DNA of 64,000 nt from Chrysomallon squamiferum (Eukaryota > Animalia > Mollusca). The translations under genes and the position numbers were made by a program. Position 1 is the stretch's first letter; every line of letters begins with the position of its first letter. Under the pieces are notes generated by a model. It made no database searches and was not told where the DNA came from. It worked only from the letters and a program-made list of their open reading frames with translations. The DNA is taken from NCBI GenBank assembly GCA_012295275.1, contig CM022677.1, positions 23,188,001 through 23,252,000 on the forward strand, read 5' to 3'. Of the stretch, positions 1 through 15,224 are shown in pieces.

Positions 1-42
<42 letters not shown>

Positions 43-196
43 TGATATATCTATTATTATATTTTACGAGGTGAATGTAATGAGACATTCTAGTTTTATG
101 TGATATTTCATATTCACAAGTGACAGCTGTTCTAATACAGTTCATGTTTACAAGCTGACAGTTTTACAGACTGGTGTGTGTATTTGTCTATAAACA

Positions 197-240
<44 letters not shown>

Positions 241-1635
241 TACTTTAACATTATTAACTCACTAATGTTTTTATCAATATCTACTGAACTATGCTGTCTG
301 ATATTATATTTTAATTTAGTCACAATTCATATTTTATTCAACCTTGCAGAATATTTTTTTTTCAGAATTCTGACAACATTCTGTCATTCTGAGCAATCTT
401 ATTCAGATTTTTTTCAGACATATTTTAAAGTACTGAATAACACACCGACAAAAACGATGAAATTTAGCTACTTTCTAAAAAAACACTTTTTGATGTAAAA
501 TGATATTTAATGTGACATTTCCATCTGCAGTCACTGACAGAGTCATAAAAAATGTATCAAACAGGCACACGACATTTTCTACAATTGTCTGAGCTGACAA
601 AACCATTTTAACAAGCCTCTGGAGAGAGTGAATAAAACACATTTAAATATTTTATACACTGTCACAGATCATTTTTGTCTTGTTTTCATGTAATGTTAAA
701 TCTATTTATTTGTGATTTGTGTCTGTATGTATGTGTGTAATGTAAGAATGTGAATGCAAAATGCCTGTGCATATCAGCATGAGTGTATTTTCATACACTC
801 CATAAACATGTAATAAAATAAACACATAAAATACTGATAATAGAGAAAGCAATTACAAAGCTGTAAGTTAAACAGCTGTTACTATTAATTGCTTACTGAT
901 GTGTAACATTCTGGCTCAGACACTGATGTTACTCATAGCAAGATTAACAAATATACAAGTACAGAAAAATAAGAAAGCAAAAATAAATAAATAAATAAAG
1001 CTATATTAATAAATAAAATAAATAAATAAATAAATAAATAATTAACTAACTAACTAAATAAATAAATAAAGATAAATTAATAAATAGAATAAATAAATTA
1101 AAAAATAATTAAAAATAACTAAATAAAAAAAAAAAAAAAATTAAAATAACTAAATAAAGATAAAATAATAAATACATAAATAACTAACTAAATAAATAAA
1201 TAAATAAATAAGATAAGCAATGGCTGAATGAATGAGTATTAATTTCAAGTTTTTATTGAGTAATGTGCCAGTGTTTTAACTTACAGTGACATACTTTACA
1301 GCAGTTTACATTTGAGAACAGACAAAACAACATTACAGAGTTAAAAATCACAGAAAACACAAACTAAAACAACAGTGTGGAGTAATTTTTATTATAAAAC
1401 AAAACAAGAGATTAGCAGTGCAGAATTACAATTTGTAACAAACTACAAGAAGAAGAAGAGATGCTAAAACAAAGGAAACAGAGAAAGACTACATGACCAG
1501 AAATAAAAATAAACAATCCTATGACAACACAGAATACAAAACAACACACTTAGAATAAAAACCAGAGTAAAAAAAATTAAAAAATTATTATTATTTTGCT
1601 GGAATAATATATTAGAAAAGAACAATGATGTTAGA

Positions 1636-1755
1636 AAATAAGAAAATCACTGAAAAGAACAGAATATAACACAATCTTAGAACAAAAGAACAGACAATAA
1701 GAAAAGCACTGAAAAGAACAGAATATAACACAATCTTAGAACAAAAGAACAGACA
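1636..1755. repeat. Tandem duplication of about 60 bp
   Basis: AATAAGAAAA..CACTGAAAAGAACAGAATATAACACAATCTTAGAACAAAAGAACAGAC occurs twice in succession. Confidence 0.85.
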
Positions 1756-2299
1756 TAAAAACACCATGAAACTCTAGAACTCAGAACAACAAGGGAATAA
1801 AAGATGAGAACATAAGAAAATCAATGTAAAAGAACACTGTTCAAAATATACTAGAACAACAATATAACCGTATAACAAGATATTAAAAGAAAATACAGAA
1901 TTAGAACATGTGGTCTATAAAAAGCAACACAACATAACATAAAATGACACCAGAACAACAGAAAAATGACACAGAGAATAAGAACAGAAATACAAACAAC
2001 ACCATGCAACAGTACACTTGAACCCAGATCTCACTAAAATATACAAGAATATAAGAAAATCAGACACTTTAAAACAAGATACTAGAACAACAACACAAGA
2101 AACTGGTAAGAAATAAAAAACAGAAATATAAAGAACACCATCATAAACAAGACAGCAGAGAAAAACACACCAGAATAAGAGAGAAGATCTTCAGAATGTA
2201 AAAAGAATTGCAAAGAGCACAACACTAAAACAACAACATCAGCCAAAACGGCATCACTTCACAACAGGAAAAACGACGTTGAACACTTTGCATTTTTAC

Positions 2300-2336
2300 C
2301 ATACAACGACAGACTCTTCGTCACTCTATTTCCCAT
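2300..2336 (-). CDS. Candidate alternative first coding exon (MGNRVTKSLSLY, N-myristoylation-type start) of the unidentified minus-strand gene
   Basis: ATG GGA AAT AGA GTG ACG AAG AGT CTG TCG TTG TAT G|GTAAAA lies in a local GC/CpG-enriched patch (about 2260-2740). MGxxxT fits the myristoylation consensus. Downstream exons were not found in the window. Confidence 0.4.
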
Positions 2337-2789
2337 AATGCTTTGCTTCACACACCACTGCACTGCCTCCCTGAAGAATCACTCAACCCGACTTCCATAT
2401 GGGGTGTTTAATATTATTACAACCGAAGAAAATTCATTAAGTACTCTGTGTGTGTGTGTGAGTGTGAGAGAGATATCCCAAAATGCCGGTTACAACATGA
2501 ACAGAGAGAGAGAGAGAGACACACAATGGGAGAGAGAAAAAAAAAATCCATATTTCAGAGTCTCAGCCAGAGTTCCCAGAGGCAGCTGATCAGAATGCGA
2601 GTTTAGTGCACGTTGTAAGCGGAGAAAGTTGTTAGAATCAGACTCATTATCATTGTCAGTGATACAATGTCACGCTCCATTGAGAAATTACTGCATTTAT
2701 CACCGATTCGAGGTCACACTTCAGCGAGCAAAATATTGTGTGGTTAGTGATTTTTTGTTAAATAACAATAAAATGGATGGATAAATATA

Positions 2790-2830
<41 letters not shown>

Positions 2831-5800
2831 ATAGACACATACTCACATATTTACAAATAAAATGTGAGCATATGGTTATGCTTAATGTGTATGTGTTTGT
2901 GAGCATGCACACACACAAACACACACATATGGGTGTATTGTGTGTTTTATATATTTTATATGGTAACAGCTAACATAACATTAAAGGATTAAAAAGAAAA
3001 ATTGATCTGGATTATGATTACAAATGTCAGATAAATGTCATTATACCGGAATGAAGGAAGAATAGTTAAGAGGATGGGTGGAATAATGGAAAGAAGGATG
3101 AGTACAAGAAGAAATTACATGTAATTAATGAATTGATGGATGTATGTTAAGATAAACAGACAGACAAATGGACCGACTGATGTATGGATAAACACTGTAA
3201 TGACATAAATTAAGAGGTAAATCTGGGGGAAAAGATTAAAAGCATTAAACAAACTCAGTTCAAGAATGAAAGGTTAATAGACAAACTGAAGAAGGAATCA
3301 ATCAAATCAAAAGAAAGAAAAATTAAACAATTCACAATATTTATGAACAAGAAGTGAGAGTTAATGAGTCTTGAATGACATGTGAAACAGATCAAAAGAA
3401 CTGGACTTGTAAACTGGACATACAAATGATTCCAATTTCAATACTGTCTGATTAGTAATATGCCCGTCTGATTAGTAGTATACATGCCTGATTAGTGCAC
3501 CTGAGTGGTAAAGTGAAAATGTAACAAGAGAAATAAGTAAATGTCTACAACACCTTAAATGTCCTCTCACATACAGAATGGTGTACTTACGTACTGTCTA
3601 CATACAATTATAATGAAATCAACATGATAATTAATTCATGCAAACATCTCTCTGTTTTCTCTAATATCAAGTTTGTTTCACATATTAAAAAATAGATATC
3701 CATCCTAGGAAACTGACATTTTTATTAACCTTGTTGTTGTTGTTGTTGATATTATTTTGTTACAATTATCATTCTTCTTTTTCATTTTATATATTTCTTG
3801 ATTTTTAAGGACCTGTAAAAAATAAAGATGAATTTTTTTTGTTTTTTACGTTTGGTAAATAATAATAATAATGGAAAAATGAAGAATTTACATATTCAGT
3901 AATATTTTTTTATTGTATAATTCAATTTTTTATTTATTATATATATATTTTTTTTTAATAATAACAAAACAAATTACAGTTTTTAGAGAAACTTGTATTT
4001 TTCCTTGTCTAAACTCTTTACACTGAGTGGCTTTAATTCGACATCAAATATACCTTGCTAAGTTAAATATATAGACACTTACTGTAGTAAACAAGAGTTT
4101 AAATTCCAGTGTATTGATTAAATGTCATATTGTGTAACATATATCTCAACAGACAGACTCATAAAGGCAGAATTACAATCACATGATCTTTAACAGTTCT
4201 GTGTGGGTTTGGTCATGACACTTACCTGAGGTATGCTGCATTACATTTCCTAAGTGGACCTTTCAGCTATTTATTTCACACTCCCATGAACAGTAAAGAT
4301 TATAACAAATAACGAAAAGGAGTAAATTTATTAAAATATTTGCAATCACGCCAAGTTTACATTTCTGTCGTTTTCAATTTATGCTGTTTATCTCACCCTC
4401 CCATAAACAGTACATCATCTACAATCAGCTTATTTAGAAGAACTTTTAATCTGTGAACGTTTAAAACTTGAGTTCACAAAACAACCAATCTACATAATGA
4501 TATACAGTGAAGTTCTTCAGTTATGTAGTTCCAATAAAAAATAAAAATTCTTTAATTTCCCAACTGAATAAAGCTATCAAAGTTGCAGACACTTGTAATG
4601 AACAATCATCGTTTAAAAATGACATCAGACAGCACTGACAAATACACAAAGATCAATAGGCGTCGGCCATTATGAAAGAAAACAAACACAGTCAACCTCG
4701 ATTTAACAGACACCAGCAGAATGTTTTGTACATAAAAATCTGATTTCACTGTAGTTAAAACCTGCTCTGTGGGTCATGTGAGTTGTGGGTGGGGCAGGTG
4801 GATAAAATACACCCAAGAATTTCTAAAAAAAAAAAAAAACATTAACAAACTTTGTGTGATGGCTCAAAATTAACTGTATCAAAATTAAACCAGAAATTAT
4901 TACAATATTTATTTATTAAAATTATTAAAATTATTTTTTACATTTCAGAATTAATGAAAACAGATAATAATTATTTTTCATAACTGAAATCTACTGTAAC
5001 AGTAAAAAATGAGTTTAAACTTAACAAACATTTCAAATATGTACTCACAAAATAAACAAATGAAGTAAGTAAATATATGTAGAGTTTTTGCTTATCATCT
5101 ATTTCTGTTTTATTTATTTTCTCCATGTGTCTCTTTATTGGCAAAATAAACTGATTGAATAATCAATGAAAGAAAGAAAAAGATTTTTTAAAAAGTGCAG
5201 TACATTGGCAGTTTAAATAAATGTTTTTCTTTTTAACATTTCTGTGTACACTGAAATCCAGGCATACACTGACACTGACTTAAACTAACTATCTAACTAA
5301 CTAACTAACTAACTAAATAACTAACTAACTAACTCTCTCTCTTTCTCTCTCTCTCTGTATATATATATATATATATATATATCTTTCTACAACACACACA
5401 CATATATACAAACACATACAATACATAGAAAAAACTCAGTTAATCCATAAAAACAGCAAAACAAATAAATCATCCAAACTCATTACAAAAACAGAAATAA
5501 ACGGAAAACAAATAAAAACATGAGCATAAAAAATAACAACAACAACAAAACTAATCAGTTGTGAGTGAAGATGAAAATGTCGGCTGCACGCGAATGTGGT
5601 AATTTCCTCCACACTCAAACAGGACGTGACATTTCCACAGCTGCATCGCTCACAACTACACCGCACACAACCACACTGCACTGCGACTCCGAAAATTATT
5701 GATTTACATTGTGCCTTTAATTTCACAAACTTGGTGTTATAGAAATTATCACAATTACTGCAAACAACCTGTTTGAATCCATTCTAAAGTGCAGCATTGA

Positions 5801-7270
5801 CGGTTTATGCAGAGTAACACACAAATAATTGGCTTAAATAATTCTGTGTTTAATTTTAAAAACTCAGGATGACATGGTGTAAGCTGTTTGAAGTAATTCA
5901 GTATTAATTACGAGCTAATTGTTTCAAATCATTTTAAAGGATGATAATTAGAAGTCATTTTTTTTTAATTGTTTTTGATTAATCCTTTCACTGTTGTCAA
6001 GATTTTATCACAGATGAACTGATTATTACAACAATTAACAATAAGTTTACAGTTCTCTAAACATTTTCTTTATTAATCTTTTATGCAAGCAACATTTACA
6101 GTTGGAGAGACCGGTGTATGTTTGTGTTTATGTGTGCAGCCGAGCGTGCGTGCATGCATGTGAGTGTGTGTGATTACTATTTATTATTATTGCACTATTG
6201 TTACTGAAATGATGAGACTAACTCAGAAACCTGCAATTTTCAAACAGAATAAACACAGCCTACTCAGTGAGTGGAAAACAATTCAGTAATTTTTACATTT
6301 TTCTGGCTACTTTCATTACCACCTCATTTGTTTATTTATTTATTTTTTGGGGGGGATTTTGGATGGGTTTTTTTCAAATCTCATTCTCTCTACTCATTAA
6401 AAAAACTGACCTACAAAAATAAACCGAGTTATTTTTTCTCTGCTGAATTTTACAAAACAACAACATACTGTGTCCTAGCTGTTACTGTATAGTTGTTAGC
6501 TACCACTGACACTTCTACTGTGTTGTTGTAAACCTTGAATTCATTCATTAGTGATTGCAGGCTGACAGTGTTAACTGCCTGATAGACTCCACATTTTTAG
6601 TTATCAACATGTAAGACTAATAATACAGTGGACAGGATGACCAGTCAAGTGACCTTCAGTAAATTTCACTTTCTGATAAACAGAGAGATGTAACAGAACA
6701 AACTGTGCATGCTGTATGAACACACAAACAAGAGACATAAATTATATATATATATGTAAATGTATATATATATATATAGAAATACATGAAATACACTCAA
6801 ACCATGCACACTCACACACACACTCACACAAACACTACGTAACACACACACAAAGACACAAGCTTATCACCTACAATTTACTCAGATGAACACAAACACC
6901 TGTAAATTTCTCACACAACACTCAAACCTTGCTCTGCTGCCATTATACACATGTACAACTTTATCATATACTGTAACACAAACACAGAAACACATGAAAT
7001 ATAACATCACATTCAAAATCTATCAAAGTACAAACAGACAACCACATACAAACATATTAAAACACAACCACACACACACATACACCCATACACCCACTCA
7101 CTTAATATGCATATGCCACACATGTGAAGTAAACACACTACATAGCTAAATAAAACTTAAAATTCCATGTACATTACATCTGCTGCAATTCTGTAGATAT
7201 ACAATAATTTTATCATAAAACACACCCACACCAACACACACATACACATACAGAGCTTCTTAAACACACA

Positions 7271-7349
<79 letters not shown>

Positions 7350-7423
7350 CACACAACTCTGACTTAACACCTATATATATACATACTCTCACACATATAT
7401 AAATACAGACATACATACATATA

Positions 7424-7468
<45 letters not shown>

Positions 7469-9027
7469 ATACACATATGTACATACATACAGACACACAC
7501 GCACACACAGATGGACAAAGACAAAATCAAACACCAGGCGATCCTGCTGTTACCACTGTGAGGTCTGCTGACTTCCATTCTGATGAGGTTCAAGCACTTT
7601 GTCTGTGACAGAGCAGAAGAACACTGACTGTGACTAGCACAGCCTCATCACAGCCTTCATTACACAACTGCCCAGCAGAACTCACTCCACAGATTAGCTG
7701 CAGCAGAAACTAGCCAGATGCATGTCATAGGGATTAGTTTAATCTCTACAGTATTAAGTAATTAATGTAATCAATATTTATTTATCTTTCTCTAAATGTA
7801 TCTATATCTAAATATACATATATATCAACCTTCATATCTACTCACACATATCCACACGCACACACACACACACACACACACTCTCTCTCTCTCACACAAA
7901 CACACACACATAAAGATGCAATATTAAAAAATGTGTTATTTCATAGTATCAGACATTTTCTAGTCAGATTATTTGTGTTTTTCAATGGTGGGAGAAAAAA
8001 AATGACAGATGATAAATTATTTTCTTTACTAATGCAGACTTTTCTCATTACAATTTCATGTAGCCAGAAAATAACTTAGTGTTTTTTTTCCTGTTTCAGT
8101 ATTAAAATGCACAAAAGAACTTTTAATAGTCATGATGGACTACAATAAAATGTATGAACATATGTGTGTATGTCTGTACGTATATATGTGTTTGTGTACA
8201 GACATAAACACACACACACACACACACACAGACACAGACAATTGATTTAGTCAAGATAGACTGTCCAGTTACATGGCAGGTGAATAAAATAAACTATTTC
8301 CTGCTAATCAGTAAAAGTCTGTGTGCCACGTAATTCTTCTTTCATAAAAAACACAAAAAAAAACGTCACCAAACTGCCACAGCTAAACAACAAGCAAGTT
8401 ATTAACACAATGTTAACATGATGTGACTGTTAAGTAACATGTTTACTGTCAGGATTAGTACTAAACTACACACTGGGTTTATCAGCACACTTTGTTTATT
8501 CAGATTTCTGACTCAGTGGCTGGAGGCTGTGTGAGGAATTAACAGATTCAGAAGACAAAATTAGCCACGTCTAACAGCAGACAGGTTTATAACAGAACAT
8601 ACAAAAAAATGTGATATGAAGATTACTTATACGATTATGATGCAGACTACAAAACCATGTGGTTTAACTTTATATTAAGTTATCACTGAATATTACAAGC
8701 AGAATTATGTCTGTATAAACAAAGTTTTCAGATGGTGGGGGGGGTTAAGTTATTTTTCCTTTTATTTTCTGTCATTTTAGTTTGAGGGGTTTTTTTTTTT
8801 TTTTTTTACTGTTATGCTCTAGTTCTACTCATTATTTCTTGGTAATACAATAAACACAAATAGTGTGGAAAGACAACTAGCAAAACATAGCATCAGTTTC
8901 AAGAGAATGCTTTAACCCTGTAATATCTGCTACAGCTGTATGTACAAATAGCCAAAACCCCACACATCATATTCAGCCATAAATCCTGTGAGTGTTTTAC
9001 AGTCATAACCCTGTAATGCATGCTGTC

Positions 9028-9198
9028 CATAACCCCAAATGTATACTTTATTCATAACCCCAAATGTGTACTTTATTCGTAACCCCAAATGTGTACTTTA
9101 TTCATAAACCCAAATGTGTACTTTATTCATAACCCCAAATGTGTACTTTATTCATAACCCCAAATGTGTACTTTATTCGTAACCCCAAATGTGTACTT
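9028..9198. repeat. 25-bp minisatellite (CATAACCCCAAATGTGTACTTTATT), about 7 copies
   Basis: Near-perfect tandem copies are seen directly. Confidence 0.95.
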
Positions 9199-10877
9199 CA
9201 ACCATCACCACACTTGAATCAATGAGCAGAGAGATGAACAATTAACTAACTGGTCTCTCTGGCTAATTTTACAAGTCACTTGACATGAAAATGAGACAGT
9301 GATGGGATCAGAGTAAAAACATCTCAGTGTCAAGTCAGCTAGGGTGGTGAGGAAGTGAAGTGTGAAGGGTCTCAGGATCAAATCCCTGCAGAGCTGAGGA
9401 ACACAAATTGAAAACATGATGAATAATATCAATTATTGGTAATGGTCTGAAAAGTCATATAAAAGATCCATTGTTGTCAAATAAATAATCCCAATTAGCA
9501 GTATATTTAAATTATTTTCTGAAAGATAACATAAAAACATCACTCACTGTTAATATAAACATCTTTTTAAAAGACAACAGAAAAAATTTCTTTCTCGTTT
9601 TATTTATATTATTTTTCTTCTTTATATTTTTATTATTTTTTTCCCCCCTTTTTTTTTGTTTTATTCTTTATCAATATTCTAGAAATGAGCCAAACAAATC
9701 CACATCAAAATAATCTTCATGCTCTGTTGATTTCAATTTTCACTGAATCAGCTTGGCAGACCAATCTCTCTACCATTCAGGCTCAAACCCCTCATTTCAT
9801 AAATAAAACATGTCCAGTTCTGTAACATGGGCAAGTCCACTGTATTAGCCAGGGTAAATCAGGTGGTACTCCTAACAGAACAATCCTTGAAGAGACAGTA
9901 AATTTCACATTCAGTTTTAATAAGCTCATGGTATTTCTCTAAATACCAGTATCAGATTTATTACATTCAGATGAAGATTCAAGTTTTACTGCGGTTTTTC
10001 ATGAAAGAAAAGCATTGTGGGAAGTTAGTGCATAAAAAGGTTTGGGTGTAAAGCAAGGTCATATACCCTGAACCAACAGAAAGAAAATCATGATTTGTTG
10101 TAGGCTATAATTAGCAGAAACGTGATGTTGCTGAGTTCTATGATAAGATGATGATGATGATGATGTGTCATTTTTTGTGCTGTCTGAACAAAATAACATT
10201 GAAATTCTAAAGCATGTCAAAGTACACTCTATTTTTTTTCTATACAAAAATTAGATCAGACAGTATATGATTATACAGCATAGATACTTTTTTCAGAATT
10301 ATAACATCCATATCAGAACAGTGCAACAATCATATGATCACAACATCTATCATACAGCTGAAATAATGTAAGCAATGACAACTAATGAAGATATAATGAC
10401 TGCTGCTACATCAACAACAACAACATCACAGCAACATGAAATTAATTATCTCTCGCAGCTGGAAGGTCATTTACAGAATGAAGTGTCTTTGTATCACCTA
10501 ATTAACACAACAGCATCACCACCTTCAGCATTAACTAACTGAAATAGACAGTGTAACTTTAGCATTCACTATGCAACAGTGTCACTAGTCATAAAATTCA
10601 TGAACAGCAATCACTAATTAACATGTGGAGGAGATTCAGCATTCACTTCAGCATTCACTTTATACAAATTAGTCACTATCTTTAGCATTCACTAATACAA
10701 ATGTCACTAATTTAAGTCATGTTATTATTCAATAAAAACTATTCATTCTGAGATCAGTACAAACTGGTTTTTGAAGTAAAACATATATACTAACAATTAT
10801 TATTTTAATACATTTATACAAAATGAAAATATATTAACAATTATTATTTTAATAGCATTTAATATATCTAAAATCAG

Positions 10878-11052
10878 GAAATATATTTATTATCAGTATT
10901 AGTGCTACATTAACAAAATCACAACTAATATATTTATTATTATTCTAGAAATATATTTATTATCAATATTAGTTATATATATATATACATTAACAACATC
11001 ACAACTAATATATTTATTATTATTCTAGAAATATATTTATTATCAATATTAG
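10878..11052. repeat. AT-rich tandem duplication (about 70-80-bp unit, about 2.3 copies)
   Basis: GAAATATATTTATTATCA.TATTAG...ACATTAACAA.ATCACAACTAATATATTTATTATTATTCTA is repeated. Confidence 0.8.
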
Positions 11053-13356
11053 GGCTCCATTACAGTTTTATTACATTTATTACTGCTTTTATCACTACCA
11101 GACTTAATGCTACTGTTTTGTAGTACTGTTACCACAATTTCTACAACTGCTCTGTAATATTTAATATTAATGCTACTGCTACCACCACTACTACTGTTAT
11201 CACTAATATTACCACTGCTGCTACTACTGCAACATCAACACCACTACAGCTGTCACAATCATTACCAGTACCGCACTACTACTTTATAATTACCAATAAT
11301 TCTGGTTATAAAAATGTATTACGGTACTTTTAAACATTTATTCATTTATTCAGTAAACACCACTTTCACTACCAAATTAATTCTAAAGTGGCCAAGGTGA
11401 GAACAGCCAGTTCTGATTAAATTAATTAACTCTGTCATTACAAGGCAATGGCCTTAACATAAATCACTGAAAGAACTTAACGACCTCACCATCACTTTTC
11501 TTTCTTTTTTTTTAATCTCCTCCACATTCCTGGACCACCATCTCTGAATCTACAGCTCAAAACAATCGATTTATGGTGTTCTTCAAAGACAACAATCCCA
11601 CCAGATGATGATTGTTTTTTTTTTTTTTTTTTTTTTTTTATGTTACAGCCAATTAAGACTTAAGTATGCTAAGCTGGTCTTATTCCTGTTAAGTTTGTAA
11701 TGAGAAGTGCATTTCGCACTAATCGAAGTTTAATGAAAATAATGTGATGTTGATAACTGAAAAAAACTTAGCAGCTGTAGTAATAGTAGTTGTCACTGTT
11801 GTTATAATAATAGTATTTGTTTACAGTAGTAGTAGTAATAGGAAGTGGTAATAGTAATAGTAGTAGTAGCAATAGTAATACTAGCAATATTAATAACAGC
11901 AGTAGTAGTAATAGTGATAGTAGTAATAGTAATAGTAATAGTACTAACAGTTGTTTAAAAGTTTAATAACTCAAATGATGGCTTTATTAGTAGCACAAGA
12001 TCAGTTGTTATGGCGATACTATTAGCAGTCATAGTAACATACATGACAACAGTAGTAATATCATCATTAAGTAACACTAAATTTAGCATTGGCAGTAATA
12101 ATAAATGTATATCTAGCATTAACAGTAATAATACCTGTATATAAAGGTATGCAAATGTTAACATTATTATTTTATTTCCTCTATTTTGTATTTTTTTTTA
12201 GAAACAACCAAATGGTTATTGTAAAACAAGTTTTTATTTGTCATGTAATGTAATGTGCATTCAGGTAATTGTGTAATTAATTATATATAATTGTGTAATT
12301 ATTACAATCAGTCACACTGATCAAATTATCTGTTATTAAAATACATCAACTGTGACAAGAGTAAACATCTGTAAAAACAAGTTATAAAACTATGCACTGT
12401 AAGAAAGCATGCATGCATGCATGCACACATAATTGTGTTTGTGAATTTAATAGAATGCGTTGTTTGTAAGGTATCTAAAGTTACATGGTTTTTTTGGCGT
12501 TTGTTATGTGAAAAGTGTTTCAAAATTTTAAAAGTGAACTTCTGTATTCACATCCTTGGCACATTATACTGCACAGCTCAGAAAATTTAAAGGAATAAAA
12601 ATATGTTTTCAAAGCAATACATGTATTTCTGTTTAAAATAAAGAATCATATGTCTAAAAAAAACAAAAAAAAACACCAATAGTTATTTTGTTTCATGCAT
12701 TTATTTTACATTTTTCTTTTATTTATTTATTTATTATTTTTAATTTCGATTTCATTTTGGTGTGATAAGATTTTTATGCAAGTAAATGTAATTTATTATT
12801 ATTATTATTAATATTTTTTTTTTTTTTTTTTTATATGTTTGTTGTTTGCAAAATATTTAAATGATTATTATTGGTGTTGTCATCGTCGACGTCGCTGTTA
12901 TACAACAACTACTGCTACTGCTTGTGGCGAACATACGACCTGCTGCGACCTAACAACACGAATTCACTTTCGCTGTCTACGCATACAAAATAAACAATAC
13001 AAGCCTACCTTTATCTGATAACACAAACGATTTAAGTCCCTTTGCAAAATATTACTCTCACATATTGCCAGTGAAAATAATAAAATGGATGTCGATATTT
13101 TTTATTAATTTATTTCAGCGAATTATGATGCATGAAATATACGTACTGCTGATTTAATCGAATTAATAATGAACTGTTCTGAAAAACTGCGTTTTGTTTT
13201 TTGCAGTTATTTCTCCTTACTTATGTCGAGTTATGGACCAGTAAAGCTTTGACAACAAAACTTCGGGTAGCATTTATGGAGTTTAAAATGAAAATGCATT
13301 AATGACACATGTTGTAAGTGATAGAATCCACTTGGAAAACTAAAAGCGACACTTAC

Positions 13357-13480
13357 CTGTTGCTTTCTCTGGCCTGTCACTAAATGTTTTGATCCGATCT
13401 GTTATCCGTGTTGCCGGCCGGTAGTGGATCAATAGTAAACTATTATCGTTCTCGAGTTTCCGCCATAATATGAATATCGA
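13357..13480 (-). other. Probable non-coding first exon of an unidentified minus-strand gene that continues left out of the window
   Basis: Perfect donor CAG|GTAAGT ending at 13357. The segment is CpG-rich and carries an ATGGCGG (YY1-like) motif at about 13460-13466, whose ATG is closed by a stop after 7 codons. CpG is strongly depleted downstream (1-12800), as expected for a methylated invertebrate gene body. The TSS position is approximate. Confidence 0.6.
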
Positions 13481-13489
13481 TTGGTTTAC

Positions 13490-13510
13490 AGAGTCATGTG
13501 ACACGTGAAC
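13490..13510. promoter_or_regulatory. Tandem E-box motifs (GTCATGTGAC and CACGTG) just upstream of the putative first exon
   Basis: The sequence gagtcatgtgacacgtgaac is seen directly. It fits bHLH-ZIP (USF/MiT-TFE) consensus. Function is inferred only from position. Confidence 0.4.
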
Positions 13511-14005
13511 CTTGGCTCTGCAAGCGCTGTTAATTGCTTGAATAAGTAGGTGGAGTTAAAATATATGTAGAGGCGTGATTGAAAATAGTTTTGGAAGCCC
13601 AAGTAAATTTTGAACAAAAATAGTAAAAGTTTGGTAATAATATATTTTCATAACTATCTAAAGAAGTTATTATATTATTATTTTTTATTTAACTCTTAAT
13701 AAATATGATTATAACCAGTATTAGTAGGTTACGAAAAATTTTGCCCACATTTTTAACGCGCTAAAAATCGGAGAATAAGCAAACATTTCTCTTTAAATAT
13801 TTTTGGGGAAAAGGTCTAACAGCTGTTTTGTGACTGTTTCATTTTTATTCATCTGTCCTTTAGTATATTGCTGTTAGTATATTTTAAAACCAAAAGTTTG
13901 CCTCCTACACTGCTTATACATGGACTCTGAATAATATACCGTTTTATTTTCTCCAAAAAGAAGAAATAGGTTTATTTTAATTTTTATTTATTTTATTTTT
14001 CAGTT

Positions 14006-14066
<61 letters not shown>

Positions 14067-14228
14067 TTAACAAAAAATACAATTTGGTACCGAAAAAATG
14101 ATTTCCATATCTCTTGAGAGTTATATCCCTTTAGAAATAATTGCTGAGTCGGCAGAAGATAACCACAAACCTAACAACTGTAAAACAATTGATTTCGATA
14201 TCGAAACTAATTTTCTTTTTCTTTACTT

Positions 14229-14259
<31 letters not shown>

Positions 14260-14642
14260 CTTAATATCTAATAAAATGTATAAATGTGACGGCAGCAAAG
14301 TAAAAATAATAGCCCGCAGTCAGGGAATATGTTTCGTGAGAATATTTCTGAACCCAATTAGTGTAGCCATGTTCGTGTGCAAAAGAGCATCGAGAATTGA
14401 GGATTTTGCATGAAGCACGGTGGTATCACTGGCAGCCCAAGGGACAACTTAGTCGTCTTTATTATTATTATCATTATTACTGGACAGGTCACTTCTAGAG
14501 GCCACTCCAGGTTATAATATCACATATTACACTTTTCTAGATAAAATAAATTTTGTGTGCAGTTATATAAAATTATCTGTGTATATGGTTGGTTGGGATA
14601 ATTCACTTGACACACACACACACAGACAGACAGGGAGAGAGA

Positions 14643-14698
<56 letters not shown>

Positions 14699-15224
14699 GT
14701 TTTCGGTTTAATAAAAAAAAGTCAAGGTTTTGCGTTAATGAAGTGTCAGTCCGAGTTTTAAATTTAAGCTCTGACAGCGGACTGAAGTAGAGCAGAAACA
14801 GCTGCGTACTCTGTTTCATACCTGATCTGATTATAATACTTGTACACATTCAGAGGAATGCCAGCACTATCATTATATTCGCACTTGTTCACCTTCGTGA
14901 AATTCAAGAGATACCTTGTTTAAGATAAAGAGAGTTCAGGTGCGGATTATAGACGATTTCCCAGAAACTCACCCCCAGGCTAAAAACAAACAAACAAATA
15001 AATAAATAAATAAAACTGATGTCCACACGAGAGTACTCTTCATTCTCTGAATGATATTCGATCTGAATTTCACAGGTTCGTTTGGTAACTGTGAATATGG
15101 CGGTAAACACTAATAAACATAGCAATGCTGTGATGAATTGTAAATAGGCAAACACTGAAACATTAAAACATTGTTTCGGCGTCCCACCTTTATCCAAAGT
15201 ATAGAATTATCTGAATGTATAATG

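Noticed and set aside
3583-3605. Minus-strand donor-like C|GTAAGT as another coding first exon
   Set aside because: The nearest ATG is immediately followed by TAG and there is no other support.
132-12523. Numerous 60-126-aa ORFs (poly-CV, HT, YI and similar)
   Set aside because: They are translations of microsatellites and AT-rich intron sequence with no recognisable domains.
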